Shown: positions 62,080-64,000 of the stretch, in pieces
Layout of the letters: the number at the start of each line of letters is the position of its first letter
Numbering within the stretch: the stretch's first letter is position 1
Assembly (NCBI GenBank): GCA_000165345.1
Contig: CM000430.1
Coordinates: 160,001-224,000 of the forward strand
Direction of reading: 5' to 3'
DNA: 64,000 bases
Notes under the pieces: model-generated
What the model was told of the DNA's origin: nothing
The model's input: the letters and a program-made list of their open reading frames with translations, nothing else
Database searches by the model: none
Translations under genes and position numbers: made by a program

Positions 62080-62697
62080 ATGGACAGTAGTGATAACCGA
62101 TTTTTTCGAGCAAGGAGGACGCTTTGTGAGATGCTAGAGGATAGGGGGTACATTGTTTCAAGCCAAGATAAAGAGGAAGACTTTTCAACCTTTAAGGAAA
62201 GGTTCGAGTCTCATCAACGCTTGAGGTCGAGGATGCTGATGGTTGCTTCCCATAGACAGGACCAAACTAAGCGAATTATTTGTTATTTTGCAGATGAATC
62301 AAAGAAAACCGGAGTCAAGCCAATTAGAGATATTGTAGAAAAGATGGATGAGCATGCGATACAACGAGCAATACTTATTTCTCAAAATGTATTGACAGCT
62401 CATGCTAAAGTGGCCATACTAGATGCTGCTCCGAAACATTATATTGAGAGCTTTTTGGAAAACGAGCTTTTGGTTAATATTACTAAGCATGAGTTAGTTC
62501 CTAAGCATATTTTATTATCAGACGACGAAAAGCTTCAACTTTTGGATAGATATAAAATCAAAGAAACTCAACTACCAAGGATCCAATATGCTGATCCAGT
62601 TGCTCGCTATTTTGGTTTGGCTAAAGGCCAAGTCGTCAAAATCATTCGTCCTTCAGAAACTGCTGGTAGATATGTCACTTATAGGTTGGTAGTATAG
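62080..62697 (+). CDS. RPB5: DNA-directed RNA polymerases I, II and III subunit RPABC1 (RPB5)
   Basis: [20 protein letters not shown] and the C-terminus [73 protein letters not shown] are near-identical to the RPB5 family. Confidence 0.93.
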   Translation: MDSSDNRFFRARRTLCEMLEDRGYIVSSQDKEEDFSTFKERFESHQRLRSRMLMVASHRQDQTKRIICYFADESKKTGVKPIRDIVEKMDEHAIQRAILISQNVLTAHAKVAILDAAPKHYIESFLENELLVNITKHELVPKHILLSDDEKLQLLDRYKIKETQLPRIQYADPVARYFGLAKGQVVKIIRPSETAGRYVTYRLVV

Positions 62698-63216
62698 AGG
62701 TGGGTTCTATTTACAAGCAGCTCCAGTTTCTATTAATTAGTACTATACAACAATAGCTAGTAGAAATGATGGATAGACTAGTAGCTACGCTAGAGAACTA
62801 ACATCTATTTGTCACTAACAATCCTGAAAACAAACATTCTCTTCACTCTATTCTCTCCCACACCTAACCTAACAAAGAAAAACAAAGGGATCAAGTTATG
62901 CATCCATTATCTTAAATCCTATGTTAATTATCTAAGTAATACAAAATCTTTTGGGCTAAAGATCCCCAAATACTAACGCCAAGTGTTAACAAAAATGGTA
63001 TTCAAAGTAAAATACCCATAAGTAAACTTGCATTGTTATTAAAACTTCGAGTTCGCTTTATTCAAGAGAAATGTAATTCTTTTTGAAATCCAAACAATAG
63101 TTGAGTTTCAATTAAAAATATAGCAAGAGTAAATTCAAGTCATATTTTTAAAAGTACTTGAGCTTGCATAACAGCATAAAATACCGTCTATCGTCATCTA
63201 TTTTTACTTTTCACGA

Positions 63217-64000
63217 TCAATCTTTCTGTAATCTTCCCTTCATTCCATCAAATGTGTAAGTTTCCAATGCTGGTTCTGGTAACTTAATTGGATGAATTTG
63301 AAGATCAGTTTGCGTATACATAAACCAAGCCACAAAATCTTCGAGTATTCCATCAATGATAGACCTCCTTATCGACAATAATAAACCTTGATATTGCCAA
63401 TAGTTGTGCATGAATAACAATGAAAACCCTAAAATCTCACCGGAGTTGATTAAGTGGTGGATATATGCTCTCGAATGAGAGACTGGACTATTCTTTGTTA
63501 GTTTATCCGAGTCACAAGAATGTCTTCTATCATTCAGATTTAAATATTTGGCGCCACCGAAAAAACATACTCCTGCATCTACTTGCGCTCCCCCATTTTT
63601 CTCCAAAACTATTCCGCACTCATTACTTGAAAAATCAAACTCTAACAAAAATCTTTCAACATTCTTCTTCTCTTCGTCACTATAATTGATGATCTCTCTT
63701 TGCTTCAAAAACTCGTCAAGTTCAAATGATAGTGCGACTCCGCTTAGACTACATCTGTAAACATAAGGGCACTCAATAATGTCCATCCCAAGGTACACCG
63801 CTTGCAATATCTCTATAGGGCTACCCGTACTAAGTGAAATTAGCCTTAATTTATCATCAGGAACGTGATCCACAACAGCTTTAATGCACTCAGCCCTTAC
63901 TGACGACTTCTCTGAGTACCCCAGACCTCCTATGGCCACACCCAAAATCACTTCATCCAGTTCGCTGATCGCTTCGGGTCCACTTGAGCTATCAACCCTA
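63217..64000 (-). CDS. QTRT2: Queuine tRNA-ribosyltransferase family protein, probably the accessory subunit QTRT2/QTRTD1. Partial: the N-terminus lies beyond the window
   Basis: ILGVAIGGLGYSE, STGSPIEILQAVYLGMDIIECPYVYR (Glu in place of the catalytic Asp of QTRT1, as in QTRT2 DLFES) and LLFMHNYWQYQGLLLSIRRSIIDG. The track M at 63951 is GTG and the frame stays open to 64000. Confidence 0.6.
   Translation of the reverse strand, partial: RVDSSSGPEAISELDEVILGVAIGGLGYSEKSSVRAECIKAVVDHVPDDKLRLISLSTGSPIEILQAVYLGMDIIECPYVYRCSLSGVALSFELDEFLKQREIINYSDEEKKNVERFLLEFDFSSNECGIVLEKNGGAQVDAGVCFFGGAKYLNLNDRRHSCDSDKLTKNSPVSHSRAYIHHLINSGEILGFSLLFMHNYWQYQGLLLSIRRSIIDGILEDFVAWFMYTQTDLQIHPIKLPEPALETYTFDGMKGRLQKD

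Noticed and set aside
1-64000. Prokaryotic-style defence or mobile systems (CRISPR arrays, restriction-modification, toxin-antitoxin, integrases, IS elements)
   Set aside because: The window is eukaryotic nuclear DNA with spliceosomal introns, calmodulin, CCT, proteasome and so on. No direct-repeat/spacer arrays, no transposase- or integrase-like ORFs and no terminal inverted repeats were seen

Overview
This 64 kb window is AT-rich (roughly 30% GC) and gene-dense, and it is eukaryotic nuclear DNA, not prokaryotic. I found no rRNA, tRNA, CRISPR array or transposon. I read 31 protein-coding genes on both strands, mostly single-exon with a few short introns (59-221 nt; GTAAGT/GTACGT/GTAAAT donors, TTTTAG/AATTAG acceptors). 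Three things point to a Cryptosporidium-type apicomplexan chromosome arm: the gene content (tandem insulinase-like M16 peptidases, an LCCL/SRCR/PLAT LAP/CCp-type adhesin, mucin-like secreted proteins), the compactness, and GC-rich promoter motifs (E2F-like TTTGGCGGGAAA and palindromic GGCGCC) in almost every 5' intergenic region. The housekeeping genes I recognise are: a PMS1/PMS2-type MutL homolog, a PPPDE/DeSI peptidase, TFIIIC tau95 (GTF3C5), dynein light chain LC8, BUB3, alpha-SNAP, Sam50/Omp85, a MINDY-like deubiquitinase, an MFS-type transporter, calmodulin, eIF1/SUI1, TVP23, PIG-P, proteasome beta1, CCDC124, BRE1 E3 ligase, CCT theta, an atypical protein kinase, two tandem insulinase-like peptidases, a PPTA-repeat protein, a SAS-4/CPAP G-box protein, RPB5, and a partial QTRT2-like TGT-family gene at the right edge. 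The supplied ORF track uses alternative start codons (TTG/GTG) and cannot see splicing. By hand translation I corrected several models: a 3' terminal exon of the PMS gene carrying the conserved CPHGRP motif, 5' exons for Sam50, PIG-P and CCT theta, and ATG starts for the PPPDE, proteasome and BRE1 genes. Non-coding curiosities include a 200-nt cytosine-free GA minisatellite, coding mini/microsatellites, a C12 homopolymer, and a possible unannotated small spliced gene. I could not identify a single discrete novel system. The most distinctive biology is the secretory/virulence-type cluster (two INS peptidases, a mucin-like glycoprotein and the LCCL adhesin) and the dense, recurrent promoter-motif grammar.
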